Below are positions 46,470 through 55,219 of a DNA stretch of 64,000 bases, piece after piece. Where the stretch lies: positions 3,840 through 67,839 of the forward strand of contig DASPWU010000186.1 in assembly GCA_035637675.1 (NCBI GenBank), given 5' to 3'. The notes under the pieces were generated by a model. The model had not been told where the DNA came from. It worked only from the letters and a program-made list of their open reading frames with translations, and ran no database searches. The stretch is from Candidatus Limnocylindria bacterium (GTDB lineage Bacteria; Chloroflexota; Limnocylindria; Limnocylindrales; CSP1-4). The translations under genes and the position numbers were made by a program. Positions within the stretch are counted from its first letter, which is position 1. Each line of letters starts with the position of its first letter.

Positions 46470-48112
46470 CCCGACGCGAAGCCTGGCTGAGTGCCGGCGG
46501 CCTGTTCGTCCTCGCCCTCGTCGTCCGGTCGGCCATCGCCACCACAATCCCCTTCCCGACGCCGGAAGATACCGCCTACTACTACGGCGTGGCCCGGAAC
46601 CTGGTCGAAGGGCGGGGCCTCGTGTCCGACGCGATCTGGAGCTTCGGGACCCCGCCTCTGACATTTCCGCGCCCCGCGTTCGAGGTCTGGCTGCCGCTGC
46701 CCACGCTCCTGGCCGCGATTCCGATGCTCGTCCTGGGCACCGGCTTCCACGTCGCCCAGGTGGGCACGGTGGTCGTCGGGGCGCTCGTGCCGGTCCTGGC
46801 CTGGCGCCTGGCCGCCGACGTGGCGGCGGAACGGAGCCTGCCGCTCGGACGGGCCCGGACCTTGGCGCTGGGCTCCGGTCTGACGGCGATCATCCTCCTG
46901 CCCCTCGTGCTCCACGGCGTCCTGCCGGACTCGACGACGCCGTTCACCGCAATCGCGCTGGCGGCTTGCCTGCTGATGAGCCGTCTGGCCGGCGACGCCG
47001 GTCGCGTCCGATCGGCCGACCCGCGGCTCCTGGGGCTCGGCCTGCTGTTCGGCCTGGCGGCTCTGACCCGGAACGAGGTCGCCTGGCTGGGCCTCGCATG
47101 GATCCTCCTCGTCTGGCGGGCCGGTGGCGGCATGCCGACGCGCGCTCAACGGCTCCGGCTCGTCGCGATACCGGCCGCGATCGGGATCCTCGTGCTGGCG
47201 CCCTGGCTCGTCCGGGACTGGCTGACGTTCGGCAGCCCGCTGCCTGGCCAGGCCGCGACGAACGCGCTCTCGGTCAGCGGCTTCGACGTCTTCGCCTACC
47301 AGCAGCCCCCGACCCTTGCCCGCTACCTCGCCCAGGGGCCGGGCTGGCTCGTGTCGTCGCGGATCGAGGGCCTCACCCACAACCTGGTTACCGTGCTCCT
47401 CCTGCCCAGCGTGCCGGTTGGGATCGTGGGCCTGCTCGCCCTGCCCTGGACCGGCCGCGCGCGGGCCCTCCGGCCGGTCGTTCTGGTGTCGGTCCTGACC
47501 TTCGTCGCGACGACCCTGCTGTTCCCCGTCTCGACCACGTGGGGCACCTTCCTGCACGCGGCCGGCCCTATTCACGTCCTGCTCATCGTCAGCTGCCTCC
47601 TGGCGCTCGATGCTGCCATCGCCCGGCTGGGGGCCTGGCGCGGCTGGACTCGACCCGTCGCCTGGCTGGGTCCCGCACTGACGGTGTTCATGGCCGTCCT
47701 GTTCAGCGTCGGCATCCTCGGCTACGCGGGCCAGGCGCGCCAGGTCGAGCGCCGCTACCAGGCCCTGGGACCGGCCCTCGTCCCGGCCCTGGCCGCAGTC
47801 GGCCAGGGCGATCTGCGCAGTCCGGTCATCGCCGACTTCCCGATCTGGTACGCGGAGGGGATGCGGCAGCAGGCGCTCGCCCTGCCGGACGAGCCGCCCG
47901 CCGCGATCCTCGATCTGGCCCGCCGGTTCGGGGCCCGGCTCCTCGTCATCAGCAAGCCGGACCATGGCCGCTGGCCGGCCGTGCTCGACGCCGGCGGCCC
48001 CGACGCGGCCTGTTTCAGCGAGCTGCACCTCCCCGCGCCGGCCAATGCTGCTTCGGCGGAGGCGTTGCGGGGGACGCGCGCCTTCCTCATCACGCTGGTA
48101 GGCTGCCCGTGA
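46466..48112 (+). CDS. GT39/GT83-like (PMT_2/ArnT-type) GT-C membrane glycosyltransferase, paralog of the preceding gene
   Basis: TIPFPTPEDTAYYYGVARNLVEGRGL motif. GTG start overlaps the upstream stop (GTGA). Confidence 0.65.
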   Translation: MTRREAWLSAGGLFVLALVVRSAIATTIPFPTPEDTAYYYGVARNLVEGRGLVSDAIWSFGTPPLTFPRPAFEVWLPLPTLLAAIPMLVLGTGFHVAQVGTVVVGALVPVLAWRLAADVAAERSLPLGRARTLALGSGLTAIILLPLVLHGVLPDSTTPFTAIALAACLLMSRLAGDAGRVRSADPRLLGLGLLFGLAALTRNEVAWLGLAWILLVWRAGGGMPTRAQRLRLVAIPAAIGILVLAPWLVRDWLTFGSPLPGQAATNALSVSGFDVFAYQQPPTLARYLAQGPGWLVSSRIEGLTHNLVTVLLLPSVPVGIVGLLALPWTGRARALRPVVLVSVLTFVATTLLFPVSTTWGTFLHAAGPIHVLLIVSCLLALDAAIARLGAWRGWTRPVAWLGPALTVFMAVLFSVGILGYAGQARQVERRYQALGPALVPALAAVGQGDLRSPVIADFPIWYAEGMRQQALALPDEPPAAILDLARRFGARLLVISKPDHGRWPAVLDAGGPDAACFSELHLPAPANAASAEALRGTRAFLITLVGCP

Positions 48113-48159
48113 GCGCGCCCGATCGGCCCCGGGAGGGGCGCCCGTATACTCGGGAGCCG

Positions 48160-49248
48160 ATGGACACTGCCCGACCACCGTCACAGGGACGCGACGGTCG
48201 CTTCGATGGGCTTCATGCCGAGGCGAAGGCCACGCTGGGCGACTCTGCGAATTCGCTCCATGCGATCCGGGAGCGATATCGCGCGGCCTACCAGGAAGAG
48301 CTGACCAGATGGCAGGCCCTGCGCAACAACCTTGATGCCGTGTTTCGGCCGTCCGCCGGCGGGGCCATCGCGACGCGTTCCGGCGACCCGGCATCGGCGA
48401 CGGAGGCGGATGCGGATGACAGCCGGATTCGAACGCTTCGCGCCGACGTCGACGAGCTGGCGGCGGAACTGGCGATGCATCGGACGGAGCTGTCCAAGCT
48501 CGATGTCGCTCACCGCAGTCTCGAGACCGCGTGGCTGTTCATGGAGCGGGGCGACGCGAGCCTCGTGGCCAGCCCCGAGACGCTCCTGCCGGCCGATCTC
48601 CAGATGCGGATCGTGGAGGCCGGCGAGGCCGAGCGCTCGCGGCTGGCCCAGGAGATCCACGACGGGCCCGCCCAGGCCCTCAGCAATGCGATCTTTCAGG
48701 TGGAATATATCGATAAGGTGCTGGACCAGGACAGCCGGATGGCCCATACGGAGCTGCGCTTCCTGCGCGACCTGTTGCGCCGGGAGCTGGGCGACGTCCG
48801 CAGCTTCATCACGCAGCTGCGTCCGCCGCTCCTCGAGCAGCTCGGCCTGGACGGTGCAATCGCCGATTCCGTGGACACGATGAAGACGCTCACCGGCCTG
48901 CCGATCGAAACCGACCTGCAGGCGCCGGCCGACCGACTCGCCGAGGCCGAGCAGACGGTCGTGCTGCGGGTGGCCCAGGAAGCCCTGCAGAATGTGCGCA
49001 AGCACGCGGCAGCCAGCCGCGTAACGATCTCCAGCCGGATGGCCGGCACGGACTGGAACCTGGAGGTGCGCGACGATGGGAGGGGGTTCGATGTCGGAGC
49101 AGTGGCGTCACGTGGCCGGCGCAACTTCGGCCTCCAGTTCATGAGGGAGCGCGCCGAGCTGATCGGCGCCCGTTTCGAGGTTCGGTCGCGCCCCGCGGGG
49201 GGCACGGTCGTGGTGCTATCGATCCCGACGGGAGAGGAGAGCAGATGA
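48160..49248 (+). CDS. Cytoplasmic sensor histidine kinase (HisKA_3 + HATPase_c, NarL-partner type)
   Basis: LAQEIHDGPAQAL H-box, then a C-terminal ATPase (VLRVAQEALQNVRKHA...DDGRGF...GLQFMRERA). No TM segments. GGGAG RBS. The table ORF 46405..49248 is a readthrough. Confidence 0.8.
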   Translation: MDTARPPSQGRDGRFDGLHAEAKATLGDSANSLHAIRERYRAAYQEELTRWQALRNNLDAVFRPSAGGAIATRSGDPASATEADADDSRIRTLRADVDELAAELAMHRTELSKLDVAHRSLETAWLFMERGDASLVASPETLLPADLQMRIVEAGEAERSRLAQEIHDGPAQALSNAIFQVEYIDKVLDQDSRMAHTELRFLRDLLRRELGDVRSFITQLRPPLLEQLGLDGAIADSVDTMKTLTGLPIETDLQAPADRLAEAEQTVVLRVAQEALQNVRKHAAASRVTISSRMAGTDWNLEVRDDGRGFDVGAVASRGRRNFGLQFMRERAELIGARFEVRSRPAGGTVVVLSIPTGEESR

Positions 49249-49991
49249 GCGCGATGGACTACAGCGGGCCCGAGCGGAGGCGGGGTGGACCCGACCGGCG
49301 GACCGTCGGCGAGAAGACAAAGATCCTCATCGTCGACGACCATGCCCTGTTCCGGGTCGGCATCCGCAACATCCTCGAGAAGGAGTCCGACTTCGAGGTC
49401 ACCGGTGAGGCCGACGACAGCCGCAGCGCATTCGACCTCGCCGTCGAGACATCGCCCGACATCATCCTCATGGACCTCTCGCTGCCCTCGCCCGGCGGCA
49501 TCGAGACGACCCAGCGCATCAAGCGCGAGCTGCCGTCCGCCGGGATCATCGTCCTGGCGGTCAACGAGGACGAGGACGCCCTGTTCGATGCGATCAAGGC
49601 GGGTGCCGCCGCCTTCATCCTCAAGGACGTCGGTCCGGACGACCTGGTCACGATCATCCGGCGTGTCTTCCTGGGCGAGTACCTGATCAACGACAAGGTC
49701 TTCGCCAAGCCGGCGGTCGCCAGCCGGGTCCTCAAGGAATTCCGCGAGCTGGCCGTCTATGGGCAGGAGGCCGCGCCCATCTTCGCCCCGCTCTCCCCGC
49801 GCGAGGTGGAGATCCTCGACAACATCGCCCAGGGCATGACCAACAAGCAGGTCGCCTACGCCCTGTCGATCAGCGAGCAGACCGTCAAGAACCACATGAG
49901 CTCGATCCTCCGCAAGCTGTCCGTCAATGACCGGACCCAGGCCGTCGTCTACGCGATGCGTCAGGGCTGGATCAGGATGCCCGAAGACTGA
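49245..49991 (+). CDS. NarL/FixJ-family response regulator (REC + LuxR HTH)
   Basis: ILIVDDHALFRVG...DIILMDLSLP receiver domain and the C-terminal LSPREVEILDNIAQGMTNKQVAYALSISEQTVKNH. ATGA overlap with the kinase. Confidence 0.9.
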   Translation: MSAMDYSGPERRRGGPDRRTVGEKTKILIVDDHALFRVGIRNILEKESDFEVTGEADDSRSAFDLAVETSPDIILMDLSLPSPGGIETTQRIKRELPSAGIIVLAVNEDEDALFDAIKAGAAAFILKDVGPDDLVTIIRRVFLGEYLINDKVFAKPAVASRVLKEFRELAVYGQEAAPIFAPLSPREVEILDNIAQGMTNKQVAYALSISEQTVKNHMSSILRKLSVNDRTQAVVYAMRQGWIRMPED

Positions 49992-50037
49992 TCCCGCGCC
50001 GGACGAGCCACGGCAGCAATCCCGTCGATTCGCGACC

Positions 50038-51321
50038 ATGAGCGAGACCGCGACACCGCCGCCCACACCGGTCACCGTCGCCGAGATGGCCACGGGTACG
50101 GCACGGCATGCCGAGACGATGCAGAACGAGCTGGACGAGATCGAGCTGCTCGTCCAGCAGGCTCGGACGGAAGCGGGCCGCCACGAAGCGAAGAGGGCCC
50201 AGGTGGCCGAGCGTCTCGTAGCGGCTCGGGCCGCCGGCGCCGGCGACCCGGCGGTCCAGCTCGATCTCGCCGAACAGCTCGTCACGCTCACGAGACGGGC
50301 GGTGCTGATGGACGCCCAGGTCGAAGTCCTGGAGGGCAAGGCCAAGGTGCTGGGACGGTACCGCGACGTGGTGGCCGAGATTGCCGCCGGCCTGTCCGCC
50401 CTGGGCGCCGGCCCCAGCGCCGCCGGCCAGGCAGCGGCTGAGCGTGTGGCCGTGTCGCCGGCCTTCACGAGGATCGTGCTCGGGGCCCAGGAAGACATGC
50501 GCCGGGACATCGCGCGGGCAATGCATGACGGTCCTGCCCAGAGCCTCACCAACATCGTCCTTCAGGCCCAGATCGTGGAACGCCTCATCACGGACGACCC
50601 GGCCCGGGCCCAGGAAGGAATCCAGCAGCTGGTATCCATGGTCCAGACCACCCTCGACGCCACGAAGTCGTTCATCTTCGACGTGCGGCCGATGGTTCTC
50701 GACGACCTGGGGCTCGTCCCGACGCTGCGGCGAGCCGCCCGCGATCGTGGCAAGCGCGACCAGGTGCCGGTCGAGTTCGAGTCGCTCGGACTGGATCGAC
50801 GCCTGTCCATGGAGCTCGAGAGCGGGCTCTTTCGGATCGTGGACGAGGCGCTGGGCGGCTTCCTCTCGAACGGTCCAGAGCGGGTGTCGATCCGGCTGGA
50901 CTGGAGTGACCAGCTGGACGTACGAGTGCGTGCCGAGCGCACGCCCGTGCGCGTACCCGAGGTCACCGAGCCGAGCCCGCCCCAGTCCTCGCGCGGTCGC
51001 GGCAAGGGCAAGCAACAGGACCTGCCGCCCGCGCTGGTGGCGATGATCGCGGAGCGCCGCGAGGATCGAGCCGCCGCCGTCGAAACAGCCCGCCGGGCCG
51101 CGATCGTGCCGTTGCCGGCGGCCGCCTGGCGAGAGATCCAGGACCGGGCCGCGACCCTGGGGATCAGGGCCGAGCTCCGGACCTGGGACGACCGCACGCC
51201 GGAGGGGTCGACCGAACAGCCGACCGAGACGGCCATCGACCCATTGACCAGTCAGGCACCCCAGCCGCGAACCGAGCTCCGGCTCGTCGCCGACATCGTC
51301 GACCTGCCGGGGGCCGGCTGA
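50038..51321 (+). CDS. Second HisKA_3-type histidine kinase-like protein with atypical C-terminus
   Basis: Coiled-coil N-terminus and an H-box IARAMHDGPAQSL. A degenerate ATPase region follows, and a long disordered tail. Confidence 0.6.
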   Translation: MSETATPPPTPVTVAEMATGTARHAETMQNELDEIELLVQQARTEAGRHEAKRAQVAERLVAARAAGAGDPAVQLDLAEQLVTLTRRAVLMDAQVEVLEGKAKVLGRYRDVVAEIAAGLSALGAGPSAAGQAAAERVAVSPAFTRIVLGAQEDMRRDIARAMHDGPAQSLTNIVLQAQIVERLITDDPARAQEGIQQLVSMVQTTLDATKSFIFDVRPMVLDDLGLVPTLRRAARDRGKRDQVPVEFESLGLDRRLSMELESGLFRIVDEALGGFLSNGPERVSIRLDWSDQLDVRVRAERTPVRVPEVTEPSPPQSSRGRGKGKQQDLPPALVAMIAERREDRAAAVETARRAAIVPLPAAAWREIQDRAATLGIRAELRTWDDRTPEGSTEQPTETAIDPLTSQAPQPRTELRLVADIVDLPGAG

Positions 51322-51344
51322 GCGGCCGGGCTGACCGACCCGGC

Positions 51345-51572
51345 ATGTTCGCTTGCCGGTTCTCTGGCCGATCGATCGCCCCGACGGGGTGGGCAGACGG
51401 CCTGCCGACGGCCGGCCTGCAGGCGAGCGCACGCAGTGGCCAGGGGATCGTCGAGTACGGCCTGATCCTCAGCCTGATGGTGGTCGTGGCGGGCGTGATC
51501 CTGGTGGTGTTCGGGGGCACGCTGGCCGAGGTGCTGTCCGTGATCGGATCGGCGATCGACGGCCCCGGCTGA
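51345..51572 (+). CDS. flp: Flp/Fap-family pilin (divergent copy 1)
   Basis: G-x4-EY motif (GQGIVEYGLILSLMVVVAGVILVVFGG) plus a hydrophobic helix. Unusually long leader if ATG 51345 is used. Confidence 0.55.
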   Translation: MFACRFSGRSIAPTGWADGLPTAGLQASARSGQGIVEYGLILSLMVVVAGVILVVFGGTLAEVLSVIGSAIDGPG

Positions 51573-51672
51573 ATGGGCCAGTACCATCTCGCTAGTGGTC
51601 TTTCGAGAAACGCCCTGCCTATAGTGGCCGCGCCCTCATCCGGGGGACCAGAACTCATCCAGGAGGCCACGA

Positions 51673-51843
51673 ATGGCGCTTATCCACATGTTCCTCAGCT
51701 CGCTTCGCCGAGACGAGGAAGGCCAGGGTCTCGCCGAGTACGCGCTGATCCTCGCCCTTATCGCGATCGTCGCGATCATCGCCCTGATTTTCCTGGGCGG
51801 CCGCGTCAGCCAGATCCTCAGCAACGTCGGTAACTCGGTCTAG
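51673..51843 (+). CDS. flp: Flp/Fap-family pilin (copy 2)
   Basis: 57 aa: MALIHMFLSSLRRDEEGQGLAEYALILALIAIVAIIALIFLGGRVSQILSNVGNSV. GGAGG RBS. Prepilin cleavage motif G/LAEY. Below the ORF-table cut-off. Confidence 0.85.
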   Translation: MALIHMFLSSLRRDEEGQGLAEYALILALIAIVAIIALIFLGGRVSQILSNVGNSV

Positions 51844-51865
51844 TCACAGCGACGCCTGAGCGAGT

Positions 51866-51903
51866 GCGGCCGTTCGGGCCCCGATGGGCGCCCGAACGGC
51901 CGC
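51866..51903 (+). terminator. Terminator hairpin after flp copy 2
   Basis: gcggccgttcgggc-N10-gcccgaacggccgc 14-bp stem, followed by ttcgttct. Confidence 0.55.
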
Positions 51904-51951
51904 TTCGTTCTATGGGGCGTTGCCTTCCATGAAGCACGGAAGGAGTCGCCC

Positions 51952-52122
51952 ATGTCATTCATTCGAGCCGTGCTCGACCGCCACCGGCGGAGCGAGCAGG
52001 GCCAGGGTCTCACCGAATACGCACTCATCCTCACTCTCATCGTCATCGTCGCAATCATCGCCCTCGTCTTCATTGGGGGCCAGGTAAGCCAGGTCCTCAG
52101 CAACGTCGGCAACTCTGTTTAG
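51952..52122 (+). CDS. flp: Flp/Fap-family pilin (copy 3)
   Basis: MSFIRAVLDRHRRSEQGQGLTEYALILTLIVIVAIIALVFIGGQVSQVLSNVGNSV. GGAAGGAG RBS. Confidence 0.85.
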   Translation: MSFIRAVLDRHRRSEQGQGLTEYALILTLIVIVAIIALVFIGGQVSQVLSNVGNSV

Positions 52123-52146
52123 CCGCCGTCTGCATCGATGAACTGG

Positions 52147-52179
52147 AAGGACCGCCCGGGCTCAGCCCGGGCGGTCCTT
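52147..52179 (+). terminator. Terminator hairpin after flp copy 3
   Basis: aaggaccgcccgggc-tca-gcccgggcggtcctt, a perfect 15-bp stem followed by tcgatt. Confidence 0.6.
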
Positions 52180-52424
52180 CGATTCCACAGCCAGCCGGGA
52201 TTCCATGGGCCGCGGTCCGGTTGGACGGCTCGACGACCGGACGGCCCGGACGGGCGTCGGCGCACCGCTCCGTTCGCCGGTCTCTTGACAGCCGGCCCGG
52301 CCTTGCCTAGTGTGGCGCGGCCATTGGGCGCCGGGGGCCCAGGGGTTCTTGTGGACTCCGCCGCCCGGCAGCTCTCGTCGAGGATTCGGCGAGGGACTAT
52401 CGAGGAAAGGAGGTCCACACATCC

Positions 52425-52595
52425 ATGTCGCTTATCACCGCTCTCATCGCTTCCTTCCGTCGCGACGAGGAAGGCCAGGGTCTCGCCGAGTACGCGCTGA
52501 TCCTCGCCCTCATCGCGATCGTCGCGATCATCGCCCTCATCTTCCTGGGCGGCCGCGTCAGCCAGATCCTCAGCAACGTCGGTAACTCGGTCTAG
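52425..52595 (+). CDS. flp: Flp/Fap-family pilin (copy 4, near-identical to copy 2)
   Basis: MSLITALIASFRRDEEGQGLAEYALILALIAIVAIIALIFLGGRVSQILSNVGNSV. GAAAGGAGG RBS. Confidence 0.85.
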   Translation: MSLITALIASFRRDEEGQGLAEYALILALIAIVAIIALIFLGGRVSQILSNVGNSV

Positions 52596-52610
52596 TCACA
52601 GCGACGCGAC
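52461..52610 (+). repeat. About 150-bp near-identical direct repeat of 51709..51858 (3' two-thirds of the flp gene plus 15 nt downstream)
   Basis: Nucleotide identity apart from three synonymous changes. Same downstream tagtcacagcgacgc. Implies a recent tandem duplication or gene conversion. Confidence 0.8.
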
Positions 52611-52615
52611 ACATG

Positions 52616-52648
52616 CGGCCGCCCGGACCCAGCGGGTCCGGGCGGCCG
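52616..52648 (+). terminator. Terminator hairpin after flp copy 4
   Basis: cggccgcccggaccc-agc-gggtccgggcggccg, a 15-bp stem followed by ttcc. Confidence 0.55.
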
Positions 52649-52912
52649 TTCCATGTCCACGCCAGGCGCCTCCGCGGCACCGGCGATTCGAGCTGACGGG
52701 CGGGCGATCGGCGACCTTGAACCGTGGCGCCCCGGCCGCCGCTCGCCTGTCCCGGCCGCCTCGACCATCGCCCGGACGGGCGGCGATTCACGCACCGCAG
52801 GCGGGCCGTTTCTCGCCAATTCTTCCTAACGGTCCTAGCCCTTTGGTATAGTCGCGCCGCCTTTGGGCGGTGCTACAGTGGTGCCACCTGTCACACGGCT
52901 GGGGAGAACACA

Positions 52913-53833
52913 TTGAAGCGGTCGAACCGTCTCGTCCTGCTCATCGGGGTCCTGCTTGCGGTCGTTGCCTTCGTGGGCATCGTCCTCGTTCTGGGACAAG
53001 GCCCGAGCACTGGGCCGGGCCCTCAAGCGACGATCCCGACGACGACCAACGTCGTCAAGGCCAAGGTGGACATCGGGGCCGGGACCATCGTCACCGCGGA
53101 CATGGTCGACACCGGGATCCTGCCGATCGGCGCGGCCGCAAACACGTTCCCGGATCCGGGTTTCGTCATCGGTCAGACGATCCGCAAGGACGTGAAGGCG
53201 GGAGCGATCCTGATCCATGACGACTTCATCGACCTGGGCCAGACCAGCAACGTCACCGACGGGTTGCCTCTCGGCCTCAGGGCGATGGCCATCCAGGTGG
53301 ATCAGGTCACCGGCGTCGGGACGCTCATCCACCGCGGCGACAGCGTCGACATCGTCATCGGCCTGAAGATCCAGCAGACGCTGCCCGACCCGACCGACAA
53401 GACGAAGACCAAGATCATCAAGGTGGGAGACCCGCAGGCCAGCGTCAAGATGATCATCCAGAACGTGAAGGTCCTGGGAACGCTTCTCCCGGCGGCGCCC
53501 GCCCAGGCGCAGCAGCAGCAGCAACCGGGCGCCTCTCCCTCGCCGGGCGCCCAGAGCCAGCCCAACACCACGCTCAACGGCCAGCAGGAGATGGTCATGG
53601 TGGCCGTGACGGCCAACCAGGCCGAGGCGATCCGCTGGGCGCAGCTCTACACCGACCCCATGGCCCTCGTCCTCCGCTCGCCCAAGGACTACGTGGCGAT
53701 CGACGCCAGCGGGTCCCCGATCCCCGGAGCCAGCCCCATCGTTCCGCCGCTCGAGAAGACCGACGGCATGATCCTCAAGATCCTCATCGACAAGTACGGC
53801 GTCATTCCCCCGAACCTCCTGGTCGTCCGCTAG
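52913..53833 (+). CDS. cpaB: Flp pilus assembly protein CpaB/RcpC (TM anchor + SAF domain)
   Basis: N-terminal TM LVLLIGVLLAVVAFVGIVLVL, a SAF-like domain (VVKAKVDIGAGTIVTADMV) and a Q/P-rich linker. TTG start with a GGGGAG RBS. Confidence 0.75.
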   Translation: MKRSNRLVLLIGVLLAVVAFVGIVLVLGQGPSTGPGPQATIPTTTNVVKAKVDIGAGTIVTADMVDTGILPIGAAANTFPDPGFVIGQTIRKDVKAGAILIHDDFIDLGQTSNVTDGLPLGLRAMAIQVDQVTGVGTLIHRGDSVDIVIGLKIQQTLPDPTDKTKTKIIKVGDPQASVKMIIQNVKVLGTLLPAAPAQAQQQQQPGASPSPGAQSQPNTTLNGQQEMVMVAVTANQAEAIRWAQLYTDPMALVLRSPKDYVAIDASGSPIPGASPIVPPLEKTDGMILKILIDKYGVIPPNLLVVR

Positions 53834-53933
53834 CGGGACACGCCCGGTCTGGATCGGCGACCAGCCACCGACCGACCCGCGATCCCTGATCGCGGGCATC
53901 GGTCTCCATCGCATCACCACCACAACGAGCATC

Positions 53934-55184
53934 ATGGCCGACCAGATCAGAGTCCTCATCGTCGACGACATCCCGGAGACGCGCGACCACCTGGCGAAGC
54001 TTCTCGGCTTCGAGGGTGACATCGACGTGGTCGGCTCTGCCGCCTCGGGCGCCGAGGCAATCGAGCAGGCCGGTCGACTCCAGCCGGACGTCGTCCTCAT
54101 GGACATCAACATGCCCGACATGGACGGGATCACCGCGACGGAGCGGCTCTCGTCCGAGGTCCCCACGGCCTCCGTTGTGATGATGTCCGTCCAGGGCGAG
54201 GCGGACTACCTGCGCCGCTCGATGCTGGCGGGTGCCCGCGAGTTCCTCGTCAAGCCGTTCAGCAGCGACGAGCTGACCGCGTCCATCCGCCAGGTCTACG
54301 CCCGCGAGCGCGACAAGGCGAGCCGGTTCGTCATCGCTGCTGCCGGGCCGTCGGCGTCCTCACGGTCCGCCCAGGACGCGGATCCCGGCATCGTGGTCGC
54401 CCTGTTCAGCCCCAAGGGCGGCGTCGGCCGGACCACCGTGGCGGTGAACATGGCGATCGCCGCGGCCACGGAGCTCGGCAAGAAGGTCGTCCTCGTCGAC
54501 GGCTCGTTCCAGTTCGGGGACGTGGGCGTCCTCATGAACCTGAACCCCAAGAACAAGTCGATCGCGGACCTGGTGCCCGAGTTGGAGGCCGGCGGCGAGC
54601 CGGAATCGCTCGACACGTTCGTGATCAACCACTCGGCCGGCGTGGGGGTCCTCCTGGCGCCGCCCTCGCCCGAGATGGCCGAGCTGATCACGCCGGGCGG
54701 CATCAAGCGGGTCCTGGAGCGTCTCCGCGAGACCAACGACCTGGTCATCGTGGACTGCTCCTCGTACTTCAACGACACCACCCTGGCGATCCTCGACGTC
54801 GCCGATGTGATCCTGACGATGCTCACCCTCGAAATCACGAGCATCAAGAACATGCGCCAGTTCCTGGAGGTTGCCGACCAGCTCGGCTACGAGCCGGGCA
54901 AGCTTCGGCTGGTCCTCAACCGGGCCGACTCGACCCTGGGCATCCGCGTGTCTGACGTGGAGCACTCGATCGGTCGCAAGGTGGACCACTCCATCGTGAG
55001 CGACGGGCGGAGCGTCGTGTACGCCCTCAATCGGGGCGTGCCGTTCTTCCTGTCGAATCGGGAAGCGCAAGTCTCGCAGGACATCCTTCGCCTCGCGGTG
55101 TCGGTGGCCGGTGAGACAAAGGAGCCGGTCGTCGACGACGCCCGGAAGGCAGCCAAGAACAAATCACTTTTCGCATGGCGATAG
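53934..55184 (+). CDS. cpaE: CpaE/TadZ-like pilus assembly ATPase with N-terminal REC domain (REC + ParA/MinD-type P-loop)
   Basis: RVLIVDDIPETRDH...VVLMDINMPDMDG receiver domain, and the deviant Walker A SPKGGVGRTTVAVNMA. Confidence 0.85.
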   Translation: MADQIRVLIVDDIPETRDHLAKLLGFEGDIDVVGSAASGAEAIEQAGRLQPDVVLMDINMPDMDGITATERLSSEVPTASVVMMSVQGEADYLRRSMLAGAREFLVKPFSSDELTASIRQVYARERDKASRFVIAAAGPSASSRSAQDADPGIVVALFSPKGGVGRTTVAVNMAIAAATELGKKVVLVDGSFQFGDVGVLMNLNPKNKSIADLVPELEAGGEPESLDTFVINHSAGVGVLLAPPSPEMAELITPGGIKRVLERLRETNDLVIVDCSSYFNDTTLAILDVADVILTMLTLEITSIKNMRQFLEVADQLGYEPGKLRLVLNRADSTLGIRVSDVEHSIGRKVDHSIVSDGRSVVYALNRGVPFFLSNREAQVSQDILRLAVSVAGETKEPVVDDARKAAKNKSLFAWR

Positions 55185-55219
55185 CAGTCAGCCCCTCGGG
55201 GCGACAAGGGGTGTAGGCG

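Noticed and set aside
46373-48394. 673-aa minus-strand ORF and the 947-aa plus ORF 46405..49248
   Set aside because: Antisense or out-of-frame relative to the GT39-like gene 46466..48112. Only the 3' 1.1 kb of the 947-aa ORF (48160..49248) is a real histidine kinase.
52835-54166. 443-aa minus-strand ORF
   Set aside because: Antisense to cpaB and cpaE, which have strong domain support. Low-complexity R/D/G translation.
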